A DNA stretch of 64,000 nt from the NCBI GenBank assembly GCA_963837955.1, contig CAWIPH010000002.1:960001-1024000 (forward strand). The letters are read 5' to 3'. This DNA is from an uncultured Verrucomicrobiae bacterium. Lineage in GTDB: Bacteria; Verrucomicrobiota; Verrucomicrobiia; Chthoniobacterales; JAFAMB01. Positions 40,818 through 49,652 of the stretch are shown one piece after another (position 1 is the stretch's first letter; every line of letters starts with the position of its first letter). The position numbers were made by a program, and so were the translations under genes. Below the pieces are notes generated by a model. The model searched no databases. It was not told the DNA's origin and saw only the letters and a list, made by a program, of their open reading frames with translations.

Positions 40818-41958
40818 CCTCGTTCGATTTTTGAAGCCACTAGCCTCGCTGAAGCTGACGATCGTTTGCCTCGCCTGTGCGATGATCCTTATCTTTTTCG
40901 GCACACTTGACCAGGTGCAGATCGGCGTCTATGAGGCTCAGCTCCGCTACTTCAAAAGCTTCTTTTTGTATTTCGCGCTGCCGGGGAGCCAAGTGAAGAT
41001 TCCATGGTTTCCGGGCGGTTACACACTCGGCGGCATCCTTTTGGTGAATTTGGTCGCTGCGCATGTTTCCCGGTTTAGGCTTTCGTGGAAGAAGGTCGGT
41101 ATTTTGATTCTGCACTCGGGCCTGATTCTGTTGCTTGTGGGTCAGCTGCTGACCAGCGTGTTCGAAGTGGAGAGCCAGGTCCAACTCGACCAGGGTCAAA
41201 CTAAGAACTATTCCGAAAGTCCATATTTCGACGAATTGGCGATTATTGATAGATCGGGCGCCAACGCCGATGAAGTCATCTCCGTTCCCACGGTAAAGCT
41301 GGCGAAAGGACGAACGATGGCGCTGCCGATGGATGGCCTGACCCTCCAGGTCAATGATTTCTATGAAAACGCGGCACTGGTTGCTCCAAACCAATTACCT
41401 GCAGAAAAGTATCCTCATCTGCGGCTCGGTCCGATGGCGGTCGCGGTGGCGATTCCCAAGACCTATAAACAGGATGAGCGTAATCAGCCGGCCGCGTCTG
41501 TGAGTTTACTCAAGAACGGGCAGGAAATTGGTTCGTGGAATCTGACTAGCGGCCTTCCTCAACCGGTACAATTCAAGGTCGAATCCAAGGCTTTTGAAAT
41601 CGTGCTCCGCCCAAAGCGCTATTACCGGCCGTTTTCGATAACCTTGGAGGAATTTCGGCATGATCGCTATGCCGGCACCGAGATTGCCAAGAATTTTTCC
41701 AGCAAGATTCGTTTGGTCGATCCGGGTGCCCACGAGAATCGCGAGGCGCTGGTTTTCATGAACCATCCGTTGCGGTATGCCGGTCTGACATTTTATCAGG
41801 CTGGATTTGGCAACAATGACCATACCACCATTCTCCAGGTTATGAAAAACCCGAGCTGGCTTGTTCCCTACATATCCTGCGGAATGATGGCAACGGGTCT
41901 TGTCATCCAGTTTGGGATGCACCTGATCAGCTTTGTTCGACGGCGCGTGATCTCATGA
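40807..41958 (+). CDS. resB: Cytochrome c biogenesis protein, ResB/CcsB family (system II)
   Basis: ASLKLTI, GTLDQ, GILILHSG, KNFSSKI, MNHPLRYAGLTFYQ. Confidence 0.85.
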   Translation: MISSLVRFLKPLASLKLTIVCLACAMILIFFGTLDQVQIGVYEAQLRYFKSFFLYFALPGSQVKIPWFPGGYTLGGILLVNLVAAHVSRFRLSWKKVGILILHSGLILLLVGQLLTSVFEVESQVQLDQGQTKNYSESPYFDELAIIDRSGANADEVISVPTVKLAKGRTMALPMDGLTLQVNDFYENAALVAPNQLPAEKYPHLRLGPMAVAVAIPKTYKQDERNQPAASVSLLKNGQEIGSWNLTSGLPQPVQFKVESKAFEIVLRPKRYYRPFSITLEEFRHDRYAGTEIAKNFSSKIRLVDPGAHENREALVFMNHPLRYAGLTFYQAGFGNNDHTTILQVMKNPSWLVPYISCGMMATGLVIQFGMHLISFVRRRVIS

Positions 41959-43856
41959 AAAAAATCACTCCCTGGATCATCAGTGTCGTTTTTTTTGGTT
42001 GGGCTCTCTCCCATATGCTTCCGAGAAAGCCTGCTCCTGGCTTTGACGTCACTGGCTTCGGCAAATTGCCCGTATTGGTTGGGGGACGTGTGATGCCTCT
42101 GGACACTTTGGCGCGTGTTTCGCTCTCACAAATGAACCATCACGGAATTGATGGTACCGCCAACAATGAAAGCTCCGCGCAGGTTGCGTCCCAGAGCCAA
42201 TGGCTTCTAGACGTTTTCATGATGCCGGAGCATGCGGATACTACCAAGGTGTTCGAAGTCACGAACCCAGATATCCTTGATCTCTTTGGCTGGCAAAAAG
42301 CTGGCAACTATTCATTCAAGGAACTGCAGCCGTTTTTTGGGCAGATCGAACAACAGGCGAACTCGGCCGAGCAGATCGAATCGGAAGTAAGGAACGCGTT
42401 CCAGCGCGGAATCGTCAAGTTACGCGGTGTATTGCGGCTTTACCTGCAGCTAAAGAACACTATCCAGGCCGAAGACTCGCCGGACTTCGGAAAGGAAATA
42501 CAAATATTCCAGCAGATTATTGCACCAGGACTGCAGGCCGTCCGAGACCGCGACGCCGGAAAATCGTACGACCAGCAAGCTTTCGAACGCATCCTGCTCT
42601 TCACCCAACGTTATCAGAACCTGACCCAGGCAAAGTATGCATTTGTGATTCCCGATCCGAAAGGAAAGACGGAAAACGAACGTTGGTTTCCAATTTCCGA
42701 AGCATTGCTTGGGTCAATTGGAACGGGCGAGGTCTCCTATCCTGTTATTGCTTATGGTCGATTGATCTCCGGCTATCGTAACGGGGATGTTGCCGGTTTT
42801 AATCAGACTCTGTCGGAGTACCAGCATTTCCTGCAACAGCACGTTCCGCATGAACTGCGACGACCGACCCTGGAGTACCATTTCAACAGCGCTCAGCCGT
42901 TTTACCAGGCACTGGTTCTTTATTTATTGGTCTTTGTGCTGGCGCTGCTGTCCTGGCTGTTCTGGCCAAAGACGCTTAGCCGAGCCGCCTTGCTTCTACT
43001 CGGTTTTACGTTTCTGATTCATACCGTTGGCCTGATCGCCCGAATGTATATTCAAGCCCGGCCGCCGGTAACCAACCTTTATAGTTCTGCGATTTTTGTC
43101 GGTTGGGCCTCAGTCCTCTTCTGCCTGATCCTGGAACGATTCTACCGCAACGGTATCGGGAGTGTTTGCGGTTCCATCGTGGGATTCGTTACACTGTTGA
43201 TCGCGCAGAATCTTCAGTTCGACGGCGACACGATGGAAATGCTCCGAGCGGTGCTTGATACCAACGCTTGGCTGGCAACCCACGTGGTAGGTGAGGCCCT
43301 CGGCTATTCGGCTGTCTTCCTAGCTGGCATCATTGGAATCATTTACATCATCCGAGGTGTCTTCACGACCTCGTTTGAGGAAACGACGGCGAAGTCGATG
43401 GGTCGCATGATCTACGGAGTGGTTTGCTTTGCTACACTCTTTAGTTTGGTTGCGACCGTTCTGGGCGGGATTTGGGCGGACCAATCTTGGGGCCGGTTTT
43501 GGGGCTGGGATCCGAAAGAAAACGGCGCTTTGTTGGTCGTGCTCTGGAACGCGATTATTTTGCACGCGCGCTGGGGCGGTTTTGCCCGAGAGCGGGGGGT
43601 AGCGGTCTTGGCTGTGTTCGGGAACGTGATTGGAAGTCTTTCCTGGTTCGGCGTAAACATGCTTGGCGTCGGTTTGCATTCGTATGGCTTCATGGATCAG
43701 GCATTCGGACCTTTACTGGCGTTTGTTGGCAGCCAGGTTGCGATCATGGCCATCGGCCTATTGCCGCAACGTTATTGGCGCGGAATTCGGGCTCGGAAGG
43801 TAGCCATCTCCAGCGAAGCTGCCACGGAACCGCATGCGGTAACGACGACGCCGTAG
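41955..43856 (+). CDS. ccsA: Cytochrome c synthase CcsA/ResC (system II)
   Basis: WWD domain LGGIWADQSWGRFWGWDPKEN; WLATHV; GLHSYG; RPPVTNLY. Confidence 0.93.
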   Translation: MKKITPWIISVVFFGWALSHMLPRKPAPGFDVTGFGKLPVLVGGRVMPLDTLARVSLSQMNHHGIDGTANNESSAQVASQSQWLLDVFMMPEHADTTKVFEVTNPDILDLFGWQKAGNYSFKELQPFFGQIEQQANSAEQIESEVRNAFQRGIVKLRGVLRLYLQLKNTIQAEDSPDFGKEIQIFQQIIAPGLQAVRDRDAGKSYDQQAFERILLFTQRYQNLTQAKYAFVIPDPKGKTENERWFPISEALLGSIGTGEVSYPVIAYGRLISGYRNGDVAGFNQTLSEYQHFLQQHVPHELRRPTLEYHFNSAQPFYQALVLYLLVFVLALLSWLFWPKTLSRAALLLLGFTFLIHTVGLIARMYIQARPPVTNLYSSAIFVGWASVLFCLILERFYRNGIGSVCGSIVGFVTLLIAQNLQFDGDTMEMLRAVLDTNAWLATHVVGEALGYSAVFLAGIIGIIYIIRGVFTTSFEETTAKSMGRMIYGVVCFATLFSLVATVLGGIWADQSWGRFWGWDPKENGALLVVLWNAIILHARWGGFARERGVAVLAVFGNVIGSLSWFGVNMLGVGLHSYGFMDQAFGPLLAFVGSQVAIMAIGLLPQRYWRGIRARKVAISSEAATEPHAVTTTP

Positions 43857-43992
43857 ATCCTGAATCCAGGAACCGATATCGAGAAGGCCGTGTCGTTCAT
43901 TGTGCGCGGCGAACTCTGAATGTTTCGTTGAATGCGCGCTTCCCTAAAACCCAAAATCTCAACTTCGGCTTTTTTGGAGACTTATCGACACC

Positions 43993-44928
43993 ATGCCTGT
44001 AAAACCGCCCCAACCGGTCTTCCGTCGAGACGAGAGCGTCAGCAAAGGGATGAAGCGTATCGTCGATGAACTGATCGAGAGTGCCATCGCGTATATTGAA
44101 CAACCGTCCGCGGACCGCGAAGAAGATTTGCACCAGGTTCGGTTGGCGATCAAAAGACTGCGAGCCATCTTGCGACTGCTACGACCGCTCGTCAGCAAGA
44201 CGTTTTTTAAACGCGAAAACGCTCGTCTTCGCTCCGCCGCGAGGCGCCTCGCCCGACTGCGCGATCTTGCGGTGGCGCGGCGCACGCTTGAACAGGTCAC
44301 GGACAAGCTCGCGAGCCATTTACAGCACGCTCAAATCCAGGAAGTCTTTGAATCCTTTCTCGCTCAAACCCCTGCATCGTCTCATTACGATAAGGACCGT
44401 GAAATGGCTCTCCAATTGGCTGCGAAAGCCCTTGCGGAAATGCGTCAAGCTTTTCACTCTCTGGCTTTGCCCGATCATGGTTGGAAAACAATCGAACCGG
44501 GTTTGAAGAAACTCTATCGCCAGAATCGAGTCTGGATGATGCGCGCCTCATCCAGCAATAAAGCCGAGGATTTTCACGGATGGCGAAAGCGGGTGAAATA
44601 CTACTTCTATCTACTGAAGATGCTTACAACGATCTGGCCCAAGCGACTTGAAAAAACGATAAAATGTCTCGATCGCTTGCAAGACAAGCTGGGTAAAGAC
44701 CATGATTTGAGTGTCTTGAAAAGCTTCCTGGTGAAACATCCAAGTAACTCAGGGAACAAGACACCGGTGGCCCACGTCATCCGATACCTGGAGAAACGGA
44801 GTGGGAAGTTTAGGAAGAAAAGCATGGCTCTGGGCAAGATACTTTATGATGACAAACCCAGCCACTGGATGAAGGCACTTCGGAAAAGGTGGGAGGATTG
44901 GCGGTCCTCTCCGAAAGAGCAACTATGA
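43993..44928 (+). CDS. CHAD-domain protein (polyphosphate-binding family)
   Basis: LHQVRLAIKRLRAILRL, LARLRD, FHGWRKRVK, LQDKLGKDHDL; very basic. Confidence 0.9.
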   Translation: MPVKPPQPVFRRDESVSKGMKRIVDELIESAIAYIEQPSADREEDLHQVRLAIKRLRAILRLLRPLVSKTFFKRENARLRSAARRLARLRDLAVARRTLEQVTDKLASHLQHAQIQEVFESFLAQTPASSHYDKDREMALQLAAKALAEMRQAFHSLALPDHGWKTIEPGLKKLYRQNRVWMMRASSSNKAEDFHGWRKRVKYYFYLLKMLTTIWPKRLEKTIKCLDRLQDKLGKDHDLSVLKSFLVKHPSNSGNKTPVAHVIRYLEKRSGKFRKKSMALGKILYDDKPSHWMKALRKRWEDWRSSPKEQL

Positions 44929-44935
44929 ACCGGAG
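44903..44935 (+). repeat. Left copy of ~33-bp imperfect direct repeat (3' end of CHAD gene)
   Basis: ggtcctctccgaaagagcaactatgaaccggag versus 47039-47070. Confidence 0.8.
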
Positions 44936-44969
44936 GTTTGCCCCGTTCGGATTCAGCGTGATCGCCTTG

Positions 44970-45170
44970 GACCGTCTAAAGCAGGGAACGATGATCCGGA
45001 TCGCTCGCGTCGCCGATGCGTTGAAGGCTGGCTACGACATCAAGGCAGAGATCGCAAAGGGCGGGACGATCACGTTGCGCCACACTCTCTCGACACGCCA
45101 AATCGACGTTCTCATGGAGGGTTGCGCAATCAATTGGCACAAACGCTATAGCACCCCTAATGGCCGCTGA
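44970..45170 (+). pseudogene. C-terminal fragment of an aconitate hydratase (swivel domain end)
   Basis: DRLKQG...TITLRHTLSTRQIDVLMEGCAINW resembles the aconitase C-terminus H.LS.RQ...L.GG.IN; no upstream part. Confidence 0.65.
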
Positions 45171-45221
45171 ACCGTACAACTTTTTGTCGCTAAAAACTCA
45201 ACCCTAATAAGGAACAAAATT

Positions 45222-46949
45222 ATGACGCAAAAAACCGTGGCGGGAATCTTTGTCGAAACTCTGATCGCGGCAGGCGTGACGCGGATTTACGGTGTTGTGG
45301 GCGACTCGCTCAACGGCATTCTGGAGGAGATTCGCCGGAGCAAGAAAATTGAGTGGATTGGCGTGCGTCACGAAGAGACCGGAGCATTTGCCGCTGGCGC
45401 CCAAGCCCACTTGACGGGTGAATTGGCGGTTTGCGCCGGAAGTTGCGGACCGGGCAACATGCACCTGATAAACGGACTCTACGACTGCCACCGCAGCCGC
45501 GTGCCGGTGCTGGCGCTTGCGGCGCAGATTCCGAGCCAGGAGATCGGCAGCAACTATTTTCAGGAAACTCATCCCGACCAGCTTTTTCGCGATTGTAGCC
45601 ATTACTGCGAATTGATTTCACAGACGACTCAAGTCCCGCGGGTGCTCGAGATCGCCATCCAAAGTGCATTAACGAATAAGGGTGTGGCCGTGGTGGCGAT
45701 TCCGGGCGATATCGCTCTCAAAGAGGCAAAGTACCGCAAGCCGAGCGCCTCCATCAAGGCGTGCCATCCCGAGGTGAGCCCTTCGGAGGACGAGGTCAAG
45801 CAGCTGGCCGCCGTTCTGAGCTTAGGTAAGGCGGTTACGATCCTGGGCGGTGCTGGGTGTGCCGGAGCTCACGCCGAACTGATGCAATTGGCCGGCAAAC
45901 TCAAATCACCCATCGTCTCGGCCTTACGCGGTCGGGAACACATCCAGTACGACAATCCCTACGATGTGGGACTGACCGGCCTGATCGGTTTTGCCTCCGG
46001 CTACCACGCGATTATGCAGGCCGACACGCTGCTGATGCTTGGTACGGATTTTCCTTACACCCAGTTTTATCCTGAGAAGGCAACCATCATTCAAGTCGAT
46101 CGCCGCGGTGAGAACCTCGGACGCCGTACGCGGCTCGACCTCGGGATAATCGGCGACGTGAAAGCGACGCTCAGGGCCCTGGTGCCGCTTCTCGATGAGA
46201 AAAAAGATGACACCCACCTGAAACGGCTAATCCGCCATTATCAGGATACGCGAAAGGGACTGGATGAGCTTGCGGTGGGGCATCCGGGACGCAAACCAAT
46301 GCATCCGCAGTACGTCGCGAAAATTGTGGACGAGGTTGCCGCCGACGATGCGATCTTTTCCTGCGATGTCGGCACGCCCACAGTCTGGGCCGCCCGCTAC
46401 CTCACCATGAACGGCAAGCGACGTCTATTGGGTTCGTTCAACCACGGATCTATGGCTAATGCCATGCCCCAGGCCATTGGCGCGCAGCTCACGTTCCCCG
46501 GCCGCCAAGTTGTCTCCTTTTCCGGTGACGGCGGATTGTCCATGCTGATGGGCGACCTGCTGTCGCTGCATCAGCACAAGCTGCCGGTGAAGATTATTGT
46601 TTTTAGTAATAGCGCACTGGCCTTTGTCGAATTGGAAATGTTGGCTGCGGGCATTCTTGGAGAGGGAACCGAGCTGGTGAATCCAGACTTTGTCGCGCTG
46701 GCCCGTTCGGCTGGCATGTTCGGTGTGCGGGTAGAAGATCCGGCCGATTTGAAGAAAGCTGTGATCGAAGCGTTTCAGCACGACGGACCGGCGTTGGTCG
46801 AGGCAGTGGTCAACCGGACAGAGCTTTCCATGCCCCCGACGATTAAGATTGATCAGGCGGTCGGGTTCAACCTCTGGGCGCTCAAAGCGGTGCTCAATGG
46901 CCGTGGCGACGAGCTAATCGACCTGGCGGTAAGCAATCTGATTCGATAA
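45222..46949 (+). CDS. poxB: Pyruvate oxidase (quinone-dependent pyruvate dehydrogenase)
   Basis: GVVGDSLN, VRHEETGAFAA, GSCGPGNMHLINGLYD, GSFNHGSMANAMPQ, ThDP motif GDGG. Confidence 0.95.
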   Translation: MTQKTVAGIFVETLIAAGVTRIYGVVGDSLNGILEEIRRSKKIEWIGVRHEETGAFAAGAQAHLTGELAVCAGSCGPGNMHLINGLYDCHRSRVPVLALAAQIPSQEIGSNYFQETHPDQLFRDCSHYCELISQTTQVPRVLEIAIQSALTNKGVAVVAIPGDIALKEAKYRKPSASIKACHPEVSPSEDEVKQLAAVLSLGKAVTILGGAGCAGAHAELMQLAGKLKSPIVSALRGREHIQYDNPYDVGLTGLIGFASGYHAIMQADTLLMLGTDFPYTQFYPEKATIIQVDRRGENLGRRTRLDLGIIGDVKATLRALVPLLDEKKDDTHLKRLIRHYQDTRKGLDELAVGHPGRKPMHPQYVAKIVDEVAADDAIFSCDVGTPTVWAARYLTMNGKRRLLGSFNHGSMANAMPQAIGAQLTFPGRQVVSFSGDGGLSMLMGDLLSLHQHKLPVKIIVFSNSALAFVELEMLAAGILGEGTELVNPDFVALARSAGMFGVRVEDPADLKKAVIEAFQHDGPALVEAVVNRTELSMPPTIKIDQAVGFNLWALKAVLNGRGDELIDLAVSNLIR

Positions 46950-46970
46950 GCAGCGGATCGAGTCTACTGA

Positions 46971-47039
46971 AATGGCGCCTCCGTGTATGCAATGACGAAA
47001 GGGGCGGTTGACACCTTAACACGTGGCCTTGCTCGGGAG
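46971..47039 (+). pseudogene. Internal fragment of a short-chain dehydrogenase (SDR)
   Basis: NGASVYAMTKGAVDTLTRGLARE contains the SDR YxxxK helix; in-frame stop immediately upstream, truncated by direct repeat. Confidence 0.65.
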
Positions 47040-47070
47040 GTCCTCTCCGAAGTGCAACTATGAACCGGGG
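47039..47070 (+). repeat. Right copy of ~33-bp imperfect direct repeat
   Basis: ggtcctctccgaagtgcaactatgaaccgggg. Confidence 0.8.
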
Positions 47071-47191
47071 ATTTTCGAGTCCTCATAAGGCATCACCGTG
47101 TGAGACCGAATTGGGGACAGAGTCACACAGCGGCCTTAGGTTGACGCGTGTGGCCAGCCGCGGGACTGGGAAGAGAAGCAAGGAGGGTCCC

Positions 47192-47415
47192 GTCCCGGAA
47201 GGGACATCGTGATAGTCGCCCAGCAATTTATTGCTGGGTAGATGGTATAAAGGGGGTGCCGTCCCGGGAGGGACGATCGAAACGTTGAGGTAATGGTTTC
47301 CAATGCGACCTCACGAGCGCAGAGGTGAATCGATCGTCCCTGTCGGGACGGACCCGTCTTAACCCTATCCCAGCAATGAATTGCTGGGCTACTTTCGCAG
47401 TGTCCCTTGCGGGAC
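47192..47415. repeat. Composite palindromic element (family 4)
   Basis: Four gtccc-N4-gggac hairpins and two cccagcaat-N2-attgctggg palindromes in mirror order around a central gaggt/acctc pair. Confidence 0.8.
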
Positions 47416-47588
47416 AGATCTCTTGACGTGCGCGCACAGCACTTAGCTTCTCACAAAGTGTCAGCACGGTGATGCCCACTGTGAAAAACATCCGCGCAGC
47501 CGGATTCACCGAGCGGTGTCTATCTCGGCTTCCAACCGGTTTGACTGAATGATCCTTTTTCGTTTTGATGCCTTTCTTCCTAAATTAC

Positions 47589-48491
47589 ATGGCGGTAAAA
47601 CCCAAGATTCTCGTCGTTGGCAGCTCGAATACCGATCTGGTTGTATTCTGTGACCGATTGCCGCAACCCGGAGAAACGGTTCTCGGCGGAGAATTCAAGA
47701 TGTTCGGCGGCGGGAAAGGCGCAAACCAGGCAGTTGCTGCCGCACGCGCCGGCGGACAAGTGACTTTTCTAGGCGCTTTCGGTGCTGACGCGTTTGGGTC
47801 CGCGGCTCGGGACCGTCTAATCAAAGAAGGGATCAACCTCGACTATTTTCAGTGTGTCCAGAACGCGCCAAGCGGTATCGCGCTGATCCTGGTCGATGGA
47901 GTAACCCGAGAGAACCTCATCGCGGTAGCAAAATCAGCGAATGAAGCCGTCGATTCGGCGATGGTTTCCGCGGCCCGGGAAGCTTTCACCCGCGCGGATG
48001 TGGTCGTATCTCAACTTGAGATTAGAGACGGAGCGATTGAAGCAACGGCTCGACTGTGCCAGGAGCTCAATCGCCGCTTCATTTTGAATCCGGCGCCAAC
48101 GCGGACCCTCCCGAAGCAGGTTTATGAGAGTTTGCACTCGATTATCGTGAACGAACATGAGGCTCGAGATCTAAGCGGTGAATCCTCAATTCAAGAAGCA
48201 ATTGACTGGTTCCTGAGCCAGGGCTGCAAGAACGTTGTAGTGACACTAGGATCGGAGGGTGCGACGTTTTCGACTGGAAGCGCGAGTACTCACGTTACTG
48301 CTCCCGTGGTTGAGCCGATTGATACGACCGGCGCCGGAGACTGTTTCGTCGGTTGGTTTAGCGCAGGGCTAGCCGAAGGATTGAGTGTCGAGCAGGCAGT
48401 GCGACGCGCCTGCCAAGCTGCGGCACTAAAAGTAACCAAAGCCGGCGCCCAAGACGGAATGCCTTACCGGGCGGAAGTAGTTCTGGAATGA
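47589..48491 (+). CDS. rbsK: Ribokinase
   Basis: VVGSSNTDLV, PGETV, GGKGANQAVAAAR, DTTGAGDCF; start ATG 47589. Confidence 0.93.
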   Translation: MAVKPKILVVGSSNTDLVVFCDRLPQPGETVLGGEFKMFGGGKGANQAVAAARAGGQVTFLGAFGADAFGSAARDRLIKEGINLDYFQCVQNAPSGIALILVDGVTRENLIAVAKSANEAVDSAMVSAAREAFTRADVVVSQLEIRDGAIEATARLCQELNRRFILNPAPTRTLPKQVYESLHSIIVNEHEARDLSGESSIQEAIDWFLSQGCKNVVVTLGSEGATFSTGSASTHVTAPVVEPIDTTGAGDCFVGWFSAGLAEGLSVEQAVRRACQAAALKVTKAGAQDGMPYRAEVVLE

Positions 48492-48699
48492 GACCTTCGT
48501 CCTCGTGCTCGTCGTCGTCCTCGAAATGCTGTTCCCGCATTTGCGAGGACCCCAACACCAGCTTTATTCGCGCGAAAATAATTTTAGCGGTTTCGCGGCA
48601 AGCGTTTGTCGACCGGTCAGAGGTGTTGCTCCGATGATTAGCCCGACTTTGCCCGTCTCTTCGGCAGGCTAACTTGTCGCCGTTATTTCGAAGACCTGT

Positions 48700-49365
48700 T
48701 CACGAAGGCATGGGTTCAGAGCTCTCGTCATAGCTCTGTTGAGCCTTAGCGTCGGCTAGCATTTGCTCGATGGTTGCAACGAGAGGCTCCGGTTTGGCGA
48801 TACCGGAGAAAACAACTCGGTCCCCGATCTGACTTTCCAGCACGAAGGTGGGTCGTTGGGGCGCTTGCAAAGCGTGGAATTCCGCAGTTGTGCCGCGAAT
48901 TTGCCGCTCGATTTCGGGGCTGGCGGCACGATCGCTGAGCAATTTAGGGTCCAGTCCCGGAACGGCGGCCACAGCGATTGCGATTGACTCTGCAAGTTGG
49001 GAAGTCGGCCGGCCATGGATCAAACCAGCCTCCGCGATTGCTAATCGGATCCGGTCATCGCTCCGACCAATCCCGAAGTCTATCGCCGCTTCCGTCACTA
49101 GATTGGGTGCGAGATATTCTTCCAACTTTGGATCGTACCAAGCCGACTGGATAGAATGATCCGCTCCCATGATCGTCCTGCTTCGTCGGTAAAACCACTC
49201 GAGTTGTGGCTGAGACTTAGGCATGACATCGGCATTCATAAGCGAAATCTTCCACTGGAAATGGGCGCTATGGCCGTACCGGTTTTTCAGCAAGGCCCAA
49301 CCCGGTTCCGACCAGTGACACCAGGACGACACCACATCGAGGTAATAAGTGATCTTTAGGAGCAT
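48700..49365 (-). CDS. DsbA/FrnE-like thioredoxin-fold protein
   Basis: ITYYLDVVSSWCHW (SxxC variant), QRPTFVL cis-Pro region. Confidence 0.75.
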   Translation of the reverse strand: MLLKITYYLDVVSSWCHWSEPGWALLKNRYGHSAHFQWKISLMNADVMPKSQPQLEWFYRRSRTIMGADHSIQSAWYDPKLEEYLAPNLVTEAAIDFGIGRSDDRIRLAIAEAGLIHGRPTSQLAESIAIAVAAVPGLDPKLLSDRAASPEIERQIRGTTAEFHALQAPQRPTFVLESQIGDRVVFSGIAKPEPLVATIEQMLADAKAQQSYDESSEPMPS

Positions 49366-49579
49366 GTATCCAGGTACTCGACCATTTGTTTAGCGCAATA
49401 AGCGGTTGGAGAACCGCGTGTGAGCCCATCGGGAAATCGGGCTTCGGCCAAGGTATGGGGAGCATTTGATCAAAAAGTTACAGCTTGGTGGGATTGGCTG
49501 AAATTACTCAGCCATAATCCATGTCAACGAAACGGTCGAACGGGAGAGTTTCGGAGGTTGGAATACCATCTCGGGATAA

Positions 49580-49595
49580 TGGCACAACTGATGCT
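49580..49595 (+). promoter_or_regulatory. Sigma54 -24/-12 promoter of the urt operon
   Basis: TGGCACAACTGATGCT (GG-N10-GC) 57 nt upstream of the urtA ATG. Confidence 0.65.
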
Positions 49596-49652
49596 CAGCA
49601 GTTGCCGATATCAAATCGCGAAATAATCAGAGCGATTTTGTCCGCGACACAC

